DNA of 64,000 bases from Octopus bimaculoides (Eukaryota). The notes below the pieces were generated by a model. It did no database searches. It was not told where the DNA came from and saw only the letters and a program-made list of their open reading frames with translations. Both the position numbers and the translations under genes were made by a program. This document shows, piece after piece, positions 47,090-60,299 of the stretch; positions within the stretch are counted from its first letter, which is position 1, and the number at the start of each line of letters is the position of its first letter. The stretch spans positions 12,811,303 through 12,875,302 of the forward strand of contig NC_068994.1 of assembly GCF_001194135.2 (NCBI RefSeq), read 5' to 3'.

Positions 47090-50000
47090 CAGTGGATATG
47101 ATTTTGCTACATCTGATCAATATGATTCTGTTATATTTAATCCTTCAGCATTTAAACCAGCAATACTCTGCTTAATTATTTTACCTGTTTTATGTTAAAA
47201 GAAACCAGATCCAACCTCTCACACCTACTCAACAATGTCATTTTAAAAATAAACAATCACATCAGTGAAATCTGAAAATTACAAGTTAATGCATGATTAA
47301 TTAAAAAACAATTCGAATAAATAAACATTACATTTGACAGAGTAATCTCAATGCTGAGGGGTTAAACAATATTGTATGCAATTACATTATATTTTAATTT
47401 CAGTAGCTATGATATCCTTTTTCTATCTGTTCACATACAAATGATGCAATGTGAAATCAGAATTGGAAGCAAATTGTTGGTTTTGCTAATAAGAAGTTTG
47501 TTACAACTCTATGGTTCTGTTATAGAGAATCATCACTGAATATGGTTCTGGTTTATTTAACCAATATTAAATAATGTTTTGGTTATATTTGACCAGTGAT
47601 GGATATTGATTTGTTATATTGAATCAGTACAAGATATGCTTCTGATATCATTAAGCAACATTATATATGATTTTTTTATATCTTTAAGCAACATTAAATA
47701 TGATTTTAAAATATTGCTATGTTATATTTCAATTACCATATTTGCCAGCATATAAGATATATTCTCATGTAAGACACATCCCTATTTTACAAGGATATTT
47801 AGTAGAAAGAACAAATTTAGTATGTTTCATCACACACTTATTGAAAGATATTTTAAAGAGGTTTTGTAGGGGAAATATATGACTGAGCGTATAAATACAA
47901 TGCTGTGACAGAATATTGGAATAAAATATGAAACCATAAATTTATGATAAATAAACTATATTACGTGAGTTTTGTATTTCAGTTTTTTTGTCTTTCAAAT
48001 CAACTGTATAGTTGTTTATATTCTGATCAAAATAACTGCCATGTTTTGTGCTATCTTGACGTGCTACCATGATTGGCCACCAGAGTGGTGCGTCACTGCT
48101 ATGATTTTGTTGTCATCCACTCATTAGAAATAGTTGACAGGGGGATGAAAGTCTAACCCTTTTGATACCAACCCACCTCAGACCAGCCCAGGTTCTATAA
48201 CAGAAACTTACTGTTTTAAAGTCGTCTAAATTATAATCTTTCATCAAAATTTTATGCTAATTTGTTCCAGACTCCAGCTTAATAGTGAGAAAGTTATTTT
48301 ACTAAATTCCTCACTGTTTTAAAAATTAATTGAAACAAAGGCAGCATATGTTGACAGAAATGTAGTAACAAAAGGTTAATATTCCTGTCATCTTTACAGA
48401 GAATTTTGATTTAGATAATTTGAAGAAATGTTTCTTAAAGGTAACAGTCATTAAATAATGTAAGACATTTATTAAGTGCATGTTATGTATACTGGGGAAA
48501 GAGGTATAATGAAATTATTTGACCTCTCCACATAACTGCAAGCATTCTGTAAGCAATTTTTTCTTGTAAATTTGTGCTAAAAGACTGATATTTGGGCTTG
48601 TTTTCAATATTCTAATATTGGTAACAATTATTGTGCTTAACAAATTTATGCTCATCCAGCTCGCTAACATACAAGACTCAGTCTCCCATCCTTAATCTGG
48701 CCACATTAGACACAGAGTCATCTTTCGATATATCTAAATAAAGTAATCTTTCGATATATCTAAATCAATATTAGTTGTGGCTTTGCTATATGTAACTAAT
48801 ATTTGATATGGTTTTGATATATTTAACCACCATTGGATATGGTTCTATACTACGATGTTTAATAAATATTGGATATAGTTTTGTTATAATTAATTGATAT
48901 GGATCTGATATATTTGAATAATAAGATGATTCTATTATATCTAACCAATATGGGTTTACTATACTTAAATAGTATTGCATATGATTTTGTTGTATTTAAC
49001 CAAAATGTTTCTATCATATTTAAACAATATTGAATATCATTCTGTTATATTTCACCAATATGGCTCTTGCATATTTAAATAGTAGTAGATATTTTTCTAT
49101 GTATTTTATCAATAAAGGATATTATGATTCTGTTAAATATAATTAATATGGTTTTATTATTTTTATATAATATTGCATACAATCCTGCTATATTTAATCA
49201 ATATGGTTCTAATATATCTAAACAATATTCATGATTTTGTTATATTTAATCAATATGGTTTGAATACATTTAAATAATATTGTATATTATTGTGCTATAT
49301 TTAATTAATATGATTCTATTATATTTAAACATGATTCTACAATATTTCACCAATAATGGATATGATTCTGTTATATATACCCAATATGATTATATTATAT
49401 TTAAACAGCATAGCTATAATTCTGTTATATTGCATCAATATAGTTTTATTATATTTAAACAATATTGGTTGTAGTAATGCTATACTTAACCAATGTACCT
49501 CTGTTATATTTAAACAATATTGAATATTATTCTGTTATATTCCATCAGTATAACTATTGTATTTTTAAACAGTATTAGATATAATTCTACTATATTTTAC
49601 CAGTAATTTTTTATTTATTTATGTGTCCTTTTAAAGCCTAGCCAGGCTCATGGGGCCGGTTTCCCGGTTTCTATGGCATATGTGTTCCCACCCAGCTAGA
49701 CGGGATGCCAGTCCACTGCAGCATTACTCAAGAAACAGGAAGAAAGAGTGAGAGAAAGTTGGGGCAAAAGAGTACAACAGGGGTTGCCACCACCCCCTGC
49801 CGGAGCCTAGTGGAGCTTTTAGGTGCTTTTGCTCAATAAACACACACAACGCTTGGTCTGGGAATCAAAACCGTGATCCTCTGACCATGAGTCCGCTACC
49901 CTAACTACTGGGCCATTGCACCTCCTTTACCAATAATACGTATGATTTTATAGTATTCTAACCAATGGAGTTCTGTTATATTTAATAAATATTAGATATG

Positions 50001-50100
50001 ATTGTGTTATTATATTTAACCAATATGGTTATTATACATTTAATCAAATCAATATTCAACATGGCTTTTCTATATTTAACCAACATTGACAACATTACTA
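47090..50100. repeat. Degenerate AT-rich minisatellite array (about 24- and 31-nt units), interrupted by MITEs and a SINE
   Basis: Recurrent aatatggttctgttatatttaa(a/c)c and aatattg(c/a)atatgattctgttatatttaa(a/c)c units, densest at 48780-49607. Confidence 0.85.
49608..49925 (-). mobile_element. Full-length tRNA-derived SINE family 4, tail type B
   Basis: Head at 49925 and (TAAA)n tail. 12-bp TSD tttaccagtaat (49596-49607) / tttaccaataat (49926-49937). Confidence 0.9.
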
Positions 50101-50572
50101 ACAAATACTGTGTTTTATGTAAAATTATCCGGTATATTTACCAGTTAATAAAATTCACTTTATTAACATTTCAAATGTGTTGAACTTGTTTTATGTCATA
50201 CTAAATTTCAAATGTGTTGACCACTTTGCTATCGTATTTCTGCTGAAATACACAACTTTATCATCCACCACCACCACCGCTGCCGCCACCACCACCACCA
50301 TTACTGTTATCATCATGATCTTCATCATCATTACCATTATCATCATCATGTTAATTCGAGTCACTCTAGAGCTCTGATCCTTTGCAAGAGATTTTCCATT
50401 ACCTGCATCTCTTCCAGAGACTGATAAATTTCTTGTCTCAAAAGTGCTCATGAACCATTCAGATGTCAAAGTGAGCAAGAAATAAACCACAACATCATTG
50501 TAATTTAAGCACAGTTAAATGTGTAGTTTCTAAAATTAATTCTCACTAGCAGTTCATAATAAATAAGTTATA

Positions 50573-51025
50573 ATGGCCATCTATGTATCATACTTAGTGA
50601 ATATTATTGTTGTAGATATATTAAACTGTCTTTTCAATGGAAAATGCCTATCAACAGCATTGTTGCATAGAGCTGATGTAAAAACAATAGATGCTATTGA
50701 AATTGCGTATATAGGATTACAAAAAATATATTCAAAACCCAATACATACAGCATATTTATTCCACAAATAAAATCAACTACACTATTGTCCCAGTATACA
50801 AGGAAACTTAAACACATTAGAGTTAATGCAACCATAAAACAAGGCATTGTTGAGTCATATAATGGCAAGGACAAAAGATGCAATATATGTATCACAGAAA
50901 ATTATAAAATACTAATCACACCAGCCAATATTTTATACAGAAGTGATGAAACTTTCTCCAGATGTTTACAAGGAAAAGAGTTCAGTCTTACAAAAGGTAA
51001 AAAAAAAAAAAACATTGGGAAATGA
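50573..51025 (+). mobile_element. Penelope-like element GIY-YIG endonuclease remnant
   Basis: LNCLFNGKCL..LLHRADV..AYIGL..STTLLSQY..LK..KRCNICITENYKIL..RSDETFSRC..KEFSL follows the C-terminal PLE endonuclease pattern (C..NGKCL, IY..YIG, CxxCxxE, RSE..C) with eroded catalytic residues. Confidence 0.82.
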
Positions 51026-51507
51026 AGTCAGAGATATGCATAAAATACCTGTGGCAGCAATAACATCAGGCTCACAGTTAACGAAAGAAACATCAGCATC
51101 TGTAGAACATCCAGTGCGCAGACGCAGAAATATGTTGGTTCAACTGGCAGTTATTTTAAGCAATATCTGAGCAACCACAGGTCCTCTTTTACGATACCAG
51201 AGACGTGCAACATCACATTCCTGGCCAGCCAAATATAGCACTTAAAAGAGGAGGGCATGCAATACATAATTAAAGGAAGCTTCTCAAACAACTAGGGTCA
51301 TATATCAATGGGAGCAAATGATGTAAGTTTTGCTTTGCAGAGTGAGCAAGGATCCTGGAAAACCCGCATGACCAGGGGGGCCTTTTTAAGCTCCAAAAAA
51401 GAGGTGTTTAGTCAATGTCCCCATCAGAGACATTTCCTGTTGCAAGCTTGGAACTCTCCATTTGTCGAATAGAACCATGAGAGCAACTTTAAAAAATCAT
51501 CATGGTT

Positions 51508-51570
51508 GGAACTGATATAAGGGGAGATAACTCTATCCCACCTGAAACACTACCTGTAGAGTCATTCTGG
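51508..51570 (+). ncRNA. Decayed hammerhead-like motif
   Basis: CTGATATA (core damaged), 9-bp helix II AGGGG-GATA/TATC-CC-CCT, GAA, helix III AC.CTAC/GTAG.GT, triplet GUC; helix I is eroded. Confidence 0.5.
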
Positions 51571-52789
51571 ATGTATATATTTTTTGTTTACAAAAATAAC
51601 TGATCATGACGTTTTCCTCCCTTCAGTTGTAGAGAAGTTATGTGCCTCCGGCCATTTGCATCTGGTGAGTTTCCTATACTTTATAGGTGTGAAGCTAATG
51701 GTCACTCTCTAACCAGCCATAACAATCAACCTTCCATAAATATATTACTGCTCTAATGTTTTAGAGCGTGCTCCTTTTTTAGGTATATGAACTAGTGACA
51801 ACATATATATTGATTTTATGAGAAATCTAGAGTGCTTTGTAATGTCATTTCAGCTTCACATACCAATTTGTATTATAGATTATTGATTAGCATATAAAGC
51901 AATATTAAGGGCAACAAGTTGAAATGTTTTTCAATTGAGAAGACATTTTCTGTATTGATTTCCATTTTCTTTTTCTTTTTTGTTTTGGAAGGTGGTTTGG
52001 TTATATGGAAGCACAAATGGCACCAATATATCAATCTAGTGAACAATGAATCCACAGTGACTCATTGATGTTTATATAATGTATGTGTGTATTTGTGTGT
52101 GTCCACAAAGTCATTTGGCATATAGAAAAATTGATTAAAATTACAAGAGTAACTGGATACTGTTGAAATGTTTACATAATATGAAGTAAATAGTGATGTT
52201 TATATACAAATAGTTAATAAATTTCTATACGGGTCTCATTCATTGCATGAAGGATATCTAAGTGATACTCAATTTCTGTTCATCTCCCTCTTAATATACT
52301 TTCATCAATAGTCACAATTGTGGCAGTTATTCTTTGTGTAAGGTCATTCACGTTCTTTACTTTAGTGCACTAGATGATATCCCACCAGAAAAACAACTTT
52401 ATAGGTGTTATATCTGGGAAACAAGGGGATGGCCAAAGAATCAAGCCACCTCTTCCTATCCAACAATCTGGAAATCTTTCATTAAAAAATCTACAGATTT
52501 ACTTACATACTAGACTGGAATTTAAACAATGACAAACTTCCCGCATCAAACCAGATAAACTGTCTCGACCATTCACTTTTCACAACCTACATCCTACAAA
52601 CTTGTCCTTCTCCATTCCCCTTTCTTATGCAACCACTTCTCCTGTCCAGCTGTACCACACCTGATTCTCATTTGCATTATTCTTCTCATAAAAGGAACAC
52701 TCTACCAAAAGTAATATAAAGTCAGAATGACCAAATCAACCACAAGCTTACAACATCTTGTAAACTGAAACTTTGAAGCCACTGTTAAC

Positions 52790-52826
<37 letters not shown>

Positions 52827-53874
52827 ATACATTTAGATGTACAAACACAACACACACACAAATTATTTATATATATGCTAATAACGCAAATGTCATGGTT
52901 TCACGTTTACGTTTCTTTTAGGTGCAGGAGTGGCTGTGTNNNNNNNNNNNNNNNNNNNNNNNNNNNNNNNNNNNNNNNNNNNNNNNNNNNNNNNNNNNNN
53001 NNNNNNNNNNNNNNNNNNNNNNNNNNNNNNNNNNNNNNNNNNNNNNNNNNNNNNNNNNNNNNNNNNNNNNNNNNNNNNNNNNNNNNNNNNNNNNNNNNNN
53101 NNNNNNNNNNNNNNNNNNNNNNNNNNNNNNNNNNNNNNNNNNNNNNNNNNNNNNNNNNNNNNNNNNNNNNNNNNNNNNNNNNNNNNNNNNNNNNNNNNNN
53201 NNNNNNNNNNNNNNNNNNNNNNNNNNNNNNNNNNNNNNNNNNNNNNNNNNNNNNNNNNNNNNNNNNNNNNNNNNNNNNNNNNNNNNNNNNNNNNNNNNNN
53301 NNNNNNNNNNNNNNNNNNNNNNNNNNNNNNNNNNNNNNNNNNNNNNNNNNNNNNNNNNNNNNNNNNNNNNNNNNNNNNNNNNNNNNNNNNNNNNNNNNNN
53401 NNNNNNNNNNNNNNNNNNNNNNNNNNNNNNNNNNNNNNNNNNNNNNNNNNNNNNNNNNNNNNNNNNNNNNNNNNNNNNNNNNNNNNNNNNNNNNNNNNNN
53501 NNNNNNNNNNNNNNNNNNNNNNNNNNNNNNNNNNNNNNNNNNNNNNNNNNNNNNNNNNNNNNNNNNNNNNNNNNNNNNNNNNNNNNNNNNNNNNNNNNNN
53601 NNNNNNNNNNNNNNNNNNNNNNNNNNNNNNNNNNNNNNNNNNNNNNNNNNNNNNNNNNNNNNNNNNNNNNNNNNNNNNNNNNNNNNNNNNNNNNNNNNNN
53701 NNNNNNNNNNNNNNNNNNNNNNNNNNNNNNNNNNNNNNNNNNNNNNNNNNNNNNNNNNNNNNNNNNNNNNNNNNNNNNNNNNNNNNNNNNNNNNNNNNNN
53801 NTATATATATATATATATATATACATATCATGCTAGCATGGAAAGTGGACGTTAAACAATGTTGATGATGATGA

Positions 53875-53914
<40 letters not shown>

Positions 53915-54793
53915 ATATATATGTATGTATATATATACATAGTTATATACATTTGTTTATATATATGTATATATATATATGCATATATATATATATATAT
54001 ATATACACACGTATACATACTTATATGTATGTACATATATACACATTATGGTGTGTGTGTGTATACACTTCAGTGGGAGTCACTGCTTATTGTTAAGTGG
54101 TATTTACTGTGTCTTAGACAACATACAAATGTCCACTTTGGATTTGAGACTAATTGTAGTTACACAATAGAACCACTTAAAACTGTAATTAAAGTAATAG
54201 ATTGCATCATTTATTGGTATTTCTAATATATTGTGCATGTTCACACACACACACACAAATACACACACACGCTATTAATGTGCAATTAACACTACGTGAA
54301 ATGTTGTTCAATCGTTGCTACCACAATCACCGCTGCTGCTACTGTCGCCACTGGTGCAACCACCACCACCACCACCACCACTACCACTAAAACAATCACA
54401 ACTACTACAACCACTACCGCCATCATCACCATCACCACCATATCCACCACNNNNNNNNNNNNNNNNNNNNNNNNNNNNNNNNNNNNNNNNNNNNNNNNNN
54501 NNNNNNNNNNNNNNNNNNNNNNNNNNNNNNNNNNNNNNNNNNNNNNNNNNNNNNNNNNNNNNNNNNNNNNNNNNNNNNNNNNNNNNNNNNNNNNNNNNNN
54601 NNNNNNNNNNNNNCAGCTCCCAGAAATAGTACAAGAACTGCATCATATACTTCGCTGCAAGACTATTACTACACAATTTTGTTTCTCAGATCTTTGATTG
54701 TATTGCATCATGGAAATACTGTAAAATATTAATTTTTATGAAAGTGTCATGTTCTAAATCTTTCTGAAATATTGAAAATTTAATATCACACAC

Positions 54794-54826
<33 letters not shown>

Positions 54827-55030
54827 TGCACGCACAAACACACACACACACACAATACACACACATGTATATGTGTGCGTCTCTGTGTCTTTGTGTGTGT
54901 ATGTATATGTGAATGTGTGCATGTGGATTGGTGAACGTTTGTATGTATTGCTGAAGAAAAAATCCTTAAAGTATAAAGTAGAATCTGTTTATATATTTTG
55001 GAAGCTGAAGCTTCTGAAATCATTGCTCTG

Positions 55031-55361
55031 AGTTTCATATTATTAGTTATTCAAATGTGGATTCAATGACTGAATACAACATACACAGAACAGCATTAAT
55101 TCTAACCCCTCTCCTACTAATGTAAGAATAGTAAATGAAATATCATATGGTATAATCCTCCCTATACTGTAGATGTTCAACCTGAGATTACTAGGATTTT
55201 ATAAATAAGTATTTCCCAGTACCCTGGTACTCATTCTATTGGTCTGTTTTGCCAAACTGCTAAGTTACAGGGACATAAACATGCCAACACCAGTTGTCAA
55301 GCAGTGGTGGGGAACAGACACAAAGGCACACACACACACACATATATATTATAATCTAAGA

Positions 55362-55411
<50 letters not shown>

Positions 55412-56273
55412 ATAGGCTTCTTTCAGTTTCCTTCTACCAAATCCACTCTCAAGGCTTTGGTCAGCCTGAGGCTATAGGAGAAGACACTTGCCCAAAGTGC
55501 CATGCAGTGGGAATGAGCTCATAAAAATCATTTCCAAATATTTTAAAATTAGGAATTGTTGCCATAGTTTGTCACGGGTAGATTTAAGCACCAATTGAGA
55601 ATTCACCTATCATCAACGAGTTTTTGTAAAGTTAAGCTGAAATGGTTGGCAAGGGCGAATAGAGTGAGGTGGTATGGGCATGTGTTAAGGAAGGATGAAG
55701 AGCATGTTCTGAGGAGGGTGACTGCATTTGAGATAAATGGCGCGTGAAAGCGAGGTAGACTGAGGAAAATGTGGAGAAGGAGGTTAGGAGGGTTGATTTG
55801 AGAAAGGAGGAGCCCAAAAACCCAGGTAAGATTGTGTGAGGGTGGTTGTTATGGCATTGAGGTAGATCCAGCCATTCCTGTTAATAGGGACAAAATCCAG
55901 ATTTAAAACACTGGATGATGATGATGATGACGCTATATGTGGTTAACTCTGAGTTTGTAAGTATTTCTGGCAATTAAGTTTGACCTACCTAACATTCTGA
56001 GATCAATACCAAGAAATAAAGATCTATAAATATTATAAAGATTTCTTTACATCTAATATTTTATTGATTAATCTAATACTGTATTGTTTCTATTTCCATG
56101 ACGTTTGCCACCAGTCTTAACAGAACTTATATCATTATTAGTGCCTGCATGTCATTAGAAATTATATAGACTGGAAAAACTCTGCTGTTGTCTTTTTACA
56201 ATACACTATTCATTATGCATACCCTCACCCCTCCTCTTGTGTCTCTTTCTCTCTGTGTATCTCTATATTTATA

Positions 56274-56329
<56 letters not shown>

Positions 56330-56783
56330 GAGAGAGAGAGAAAGAAAGAAAAAAAGAAAGAGAGAGATGTATACATGCGTACATATATGCATACATACAT
56401 ATATATAATTGAATAAGTTGGAGTCAACAAAGATTACAGAAGGACATATATTTGTAATCACTACAATTGTTTCCACACAGGTTTTCACGTATTTGGTTAT
56501 GTAACTGTTTCCCTACATTGTGAGATCTTATAATTCATCAGGTGATATATAGATATTGTTTCTGTGTTCCGTAAGCTCATATCCAGTTATATCGAATTCA
56601 ATTCAATATTGTTTCTGTGTTCCATAAACTTATTTAATTGTCCATTCACACACTACAGAAGCCCAACACAAATCTGGCAGTAGGTATAATACCACTGTTG
56701 GATAGCACCAGGTGAAATCTGAAGGTGGATGAGTTTATACTGTACTCTACTGCGTTCTTAACAGAATATAATCTAACTACATA

Positions 56784-56847
<64 letters not shown>

Positions 56848-57475
56848 TAATAGTGTGTAAACACTGGGTTAAAAAACTTCTGAATAGAAAAGTTTGACTA
56901 CATAGATGTATACTAACACATATTTTTTTCCATTGGAGGTGTACATGCTCTGATATTAGACTATTTTCTATAAGAGGGAGTTCCTTGAGGCAAATGTTCT
57001 GTGGCTGGATGTCCTTCCTGTCACTAACCCTCACCTGTTTCCAAGTAAGACAACATCTCCCTACCATCATAACATTTTCCAAACATTACAAAACCAGATT
57101 CGAAACATCATTATAATAATAGCTTCTGATTTAGGCACAGGGCTAACGATTTTGAAGAGAAAGGGTTAATCAATGCCATCAACTCCAATACGTAACTGGT
57201 ACTTTATCTTATTGAACCAAGAAGGATGAAGGGCAAAGTCAATTTCAGTAGGATTTTAATTCAGAATGTAAAGAATCAGAAGAAATGCTGAATGATAATT
57301 TTTCCAGGGCTCTAAGGATTTAGTTTCATACTAGCAGTTATTCAAATGTGGATTCAATGACTGAATACAACATACACAGAACAGCATTAATTCTAACCCC
57401 TCCCCGACAAATGTAAGAATAGTAAATGAAATATCATATGGTATAATCCTTCCTATACTGTAAATGTTCAACTTG
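55031..57475 (+). repeat. 154-bp dispersed direct repeat (55031-55184 and 57322-57475)
   Basis: Near-identical non-microsatellite sequence agtttcata..ttattcaaatgtggattcaatgactgaatacaac..atgttcaac. Confidence 0.92.
55620..55930 (+). mobile_element. RTE-clade LINE 3' fragment
   Basis: ARANRVRWYGHVLRKDEEHVLRRVTAFEING..KRGR, then a (GAT)n tail. Confidence 0.85.
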
Positions 57476-58087
57476 GTTTAACACCACCACCACAAACACA
57501 ACTACCAAAGCCACCAACCATCGTAATGATAACTACTGCAAGAACCACCATGACCACCATTACCACCGCAACCACCACCACCGCAAACACCATAAACACC
57601 ACCTCCACTACAACTATCACCACCACAACCACCACCATCACTTCCTCCTACACCACCACCTGATACCTTGGATGTGTTTAATGGACTCCCACCAGTTTAT
57701 ATAGATAACTTCCTCTTTCTTTCATACCACAAGTTCTAAAGAGCCCCTTAGAAAAGGGACTCAGATACTGCCCTGCCTCCTCCTCCTCCTCCTCCTCCTN
57801 NNNNNNNNNNNNNNNNNNNNNNNNNNNNNNNNNNNNNNNNNNNNNNNNNNNNNNNNNNNNNNNNNNNNNNNNNNNNNNNNNNNNNNNNNNNNNNNNNNNN
57901 NNNNNNNNNNNNNNNNNNNNNNNNNNNNNNNNNNNNNNNNNNNNNNNNNNNNNNNNNNNNNNNNNNNNNNNNNNNNNNNNNNNNNNNNNNNNNNNNCCGT
58001 AAGTAGTTATTGCAATTATAAATCAATTCACTTCACTTCTTTGTATGTAAATTGATTTTGTTAGCCACTTCACTATCAATTACAAAC

Positions 58088-58135
<48 letters not shown>

Positions 58136-59187
58136 AATAATAGTATTTTTTCCAACAGTCTAATCTGTTGTGCATATATGAAATAATAATAATTACTATT
58201 ACTGCTGTTGTTGTTGTTGTTACGTTATTATTACTAGTATTTCTAACGTAAGGGTTAAAGGTTGGGGGCTGCTGGTTACGGTAGTGGTGATGGTGGTGAT
58301 GACAACAACGATGGTGATGATGATGACGGTGTGGGTGTTTGTTGGGTGAAGGTAGTTAAAATGGCAGCGATGATATCGGTGGCAGAGGTGGTAGTGTCTA
58401 AGGTGGTGATGGTGGTGAAGATGATGATGGCAGTAGTATTGTCAATGATGACGGTGGTGGTGATGGCGATGGTGGAATAAAGTATATCAGACATGTGTGA
58501 ATGTAGAGTACAATTCTATGTACTACTCTCTCTCTCCCCCTCTCTCTCTCCCCCTCTCTCTCTCCCTCTCTCTTTCCCTCTCTCTTTCCCTCTCTCTCCC
58601 CCTCTCTCTCTCTCCCTCTCACTCTTTCTCTCTCTCTCCCTCTCACTCTTTCTCTCTCCCCTCTCTCTCCTCCTCCTTCCTCTTTGCATGTGTTGTTTTG
58701 TGGATCTGGTTTACTGGGAAACAATCAAACAGTTCGCAGACAGAAATGTCCACGCTGGTGAAAACAGATGAAAGCCTTCGGTGATGATCCCTTTAAGTGG
58801 TTGTACTACTACCAGCTAGAAATAGCAACCGAATCTCCAACAAATTATAACCTGCAGTCTCAAAAAAGAAAAAGAAAACAAAAAAAAAAGAAACAAAGAA
58901 AAAGGAAGCAAAGTATACGTCATGTAATGTAGCCCTAGAAATTCATCGTGTTTGAAAAGTAGACAGGGAGGCCATGGCTGGACCAGATCTGCTTGATCAG
59001 GGCTGAGCTGCCTATACAACAACTTATCTATTAATGCTCAATGTTTTGAAGAAACAATTTCAAGAATATAATGTGAGTTCAATTATTATTATTATTATTA
59101 TTGTTGCTGTGTCATGTTATTTAATGTTGTTTATGTAAGCCCTTGTAGCTAATAAAAGAATGAATAATAATCATAATAATAATAATA

Positions 59188-59226
<39 letters not shown>

Positions 59227-59318
59227 GTTATTGTGTCATGTCCTTTTATGTTGTTTTATGTAAGCCCTTGTGGCTAATAAAAGAATGAAGGATTATTATT
59301 ATTATTATAATTTCTATT

Positions 59319-59600
59319 TCACTTCTCAGAGCTCTTGATTTCATTTGCTCTGGCTGATTCTTTGGGAGCAGACAACAACCTGTTGTCAAGGATCTCACAG
59401 GGTCTCTTTTCATGATTACATCCAAATACTACCCTCAAAATCCTCACTGTCTCCAATAAAGTAGTTCTCTGAGCATGTTCTACCCTTATGTCCATTCCAT
59501 TTTCTCCAACAAATTTCTCAAATCTGGTTGTTAATGTTCCCAGTGTCCCAAAAATTGCTGGGACGACAGTTATTCTCTCTTCATTGCCCACATTCGTGCA
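59319..59600 (-). mobile_element. R4/Dong-like LINE 3' fragment
   Basis: ITVVPAIFGTLGTLTTRFEKFV..IRVEHAQRTTLLETVRILRVVF, with the tail abutting (TTA)n. Further decayed pieces lie at about 59780-59915 and 61690-61870. Confidence 0.82.
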
Positions 59601-60044
59601 ACCTCGTTATTATTTTTCTTCTTTATCTTTCAATTTTGGCCCCATTTCTTGCCAAATGTCTTCCTGATATCTCAGGCAAAGAAATACATTTATAGGCCAT
59701 TAAAATAAACATACTAGACTGTTTATTTACAAAATCAAATAAAGTTATGTAGAAAACATTTATTTGCATAGATGGTATTCATTCTCACAACCATAATGCT
59801 CTCTGAATACATGTGATGTATCAGTTAAAACAATCTTTTGCACTTCTTGCAGGGATGGTAAGCCAGGGATCATTCTCAAATAATTTTCAGTTTCTTTTTT
59901 GATCGTTTCTAATGCCCCTATTATTCATTATTGTTGTTGTTGTTTTGAGGTCAATAAATTAAGTACCAGTCAAGTACTGGTGTGAATGTAATCGACTTAC
60001 CCCACTCCCGCAAATTTTAAAGCCTTGTGCCAACAGTAGAAAGA

Positions 60045-60079
<35 letters not shown>

Positions 60080-60299
60080 CATTGTCAAGGCAGCAAGCTG
60101 ACAAAATCATTACACACCAGGCTTAACGACATTTTGCCCATCTCTATATTCTGAGTTCAAATTCTGCCAAGGTTCACTTTGTCCTTTTGGGGCTGATAAA
60201 TTAAGTACCAGTCAAGTACTGGGGTCGATCTAATCAACAATTCCCCTCCTACAATTTCAGGCCTTGTGCCAATAGTAGAAGGGATTATTATTATTATAT

